Below, piece after piece: positions 62,956 through 64,000 of a stretch of 64,000 nucleotides of DNA. This stretch comes from Eledone cirrhosa (lineage: Eukaryota): positions 85,560,001-85,624,000 of the forward strand of contig OZ024743.1 in NCBI GenBank assembly GCA_964016885.1. The letters are read 5' to 3'. The stretch's first letter is position 1. Each line of letters begins with the position of its first letter. Under the pieces are notes generated by a model. The model was not told the origin of the DNA. It ran no database searches and worked only from the letters and a program-made list of their open reading frames with translations. Position numbers and translations under genes: made by a program.

Positions 62956-63389
62956 CTTTGAAACTATCTGATACCAGATGATTGTTCATAATATACTGCT
63001 GACATTTCAGCTAACTCTGTAAATAGAAACCAACTTTAGTTAGATTATTAGTTAAAATCTTTCTCCAGTCTATTTAAGGCTCATCAGACGGGAGCTTATC
63101 TTGCTTTTGTGTGGTGTTAAACAACTGTGAGAACAACTCACCCAACCCTGAACAGGAGATCAGTTCATCACAAAGTCAGAACTACTGCTAGAGATGGTGG
63201 TACTTGCTTTTTCAACTGTGTTGACTGGAGCAATGCAAAATGAAGAGTTTTGCTGAAGGGGACAGTGGCTTGGTTTGGAGATTAAACCATCAATTAATAC
63301 ACCAACCACTAGGCTACTCATTTTCACATTATTTCAATTAGAGAGGTGAGTGTGAAAGCTAAATGCAGTATCTTCAAGGTATTTCTACC

Positions 63390-63800
63390 CTTATTTCTGG
63401 TTACGAATCTTGGGTAGTGACCAAAGCAAATGCAAACGACCAAAATAGAGTACTCCAAAGGGTCTCTGGAATAATGTTATTTGATAGGGTGCATAACTTG
63501 GAGATTAGGGAATCACTCTAAGTAGAGCCACTACTCTTCACAGAAACATCACAGCTCTGGTACTACTGTTTAGAATGTCTAAGGAAAGAATCGCTGGACA
63601 GATTTTATGGGCAATGCCAGCTGGCAGCAGACCCAGAGGTAGACCATGAGCAAGATGATTGAATAACATTCATAACCTCGGTTGGTCTTTATGAGGATCC
63701 TGGATCGTTTGAAAGCAGTTTTTCTGAGAATCCCCCGGAAGGTGTACCTGAAGACCCTCTCCCTACTCAGACCCTCTCAGGAATAAGTTGGTGAAGAAGA
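63390..63800 (+). mobile_element. Degenerate RTE C-terminal fragment
   Basis: GYESWVV...PAGSRPRGRP motif remnants. Confidence 0.55.
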
Positions 63801-64000
63801 AAACTTGTTTTAACAACTCTAGAAAGCTGACAACCTCAGTCAATCTTGATATGATTTGCTGGATTCTTTTCTGATCATTTCAAGTTGAATATGTAGCTTT
63901 CAACATTTCAAGCTTGTATAGTAGATCTACTTCATCTTTCACTCATCTGAGGCACATACCAGTAATATGTTAGGTGTGTTTCATTTAAATATACTTTTCT

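Noticed and set aside
62100-62981. Mucin-like T/P/H-rich ORFs
   Set aside because: Low-complexity CAC/CAA repeats with no splice or domain support.
63048-63095. CTGATGA...GAAA on the minus strand
   Set aside because: No convincing stem II and only 2 bp of stem I.

Overview
This is AT-rich, repeat-dense animal DNA. The (TA)n microsatellite load and the tRNA-SINE and RTE families with (GAT)n tails suggest an octopus-like cephalopod (inference). Most long entries in the ORF track are microsatellite artefacts. One host gene is recognisable: the last seven coding exons of a FANCB (Fanconi anaemia group B) orthologue on the + strand (10371-36511). All six introns are GT-AG and their phases are consistent. 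The rest is retroelements: CR1-group and RTE LINEs, two tandem Tx1-like LINEs, a Naiad-like Penelope (RT + GIY-YIG), a degenerate CRE-like fragment, tRNA SINEs, piggyBac- and hAT-like MITEs, and minisatellites. Not visible in the ORF track are five hammerhead-ribozyme motifs, all on the minus strand. One of them (48378-48439) has its three strands in a non-circularly permuted order, and two sit in direct repeats about 577 bp apart (retrozyme-like). Also notable are a 5S rRNA fragment abutting a tRNA SINE, a PHD-like finger inside the RTE reverse transcriptase, and an RTE inverted repeat with arms of about 860 bp. All calls were made by eye; no searches or folding programs were run.
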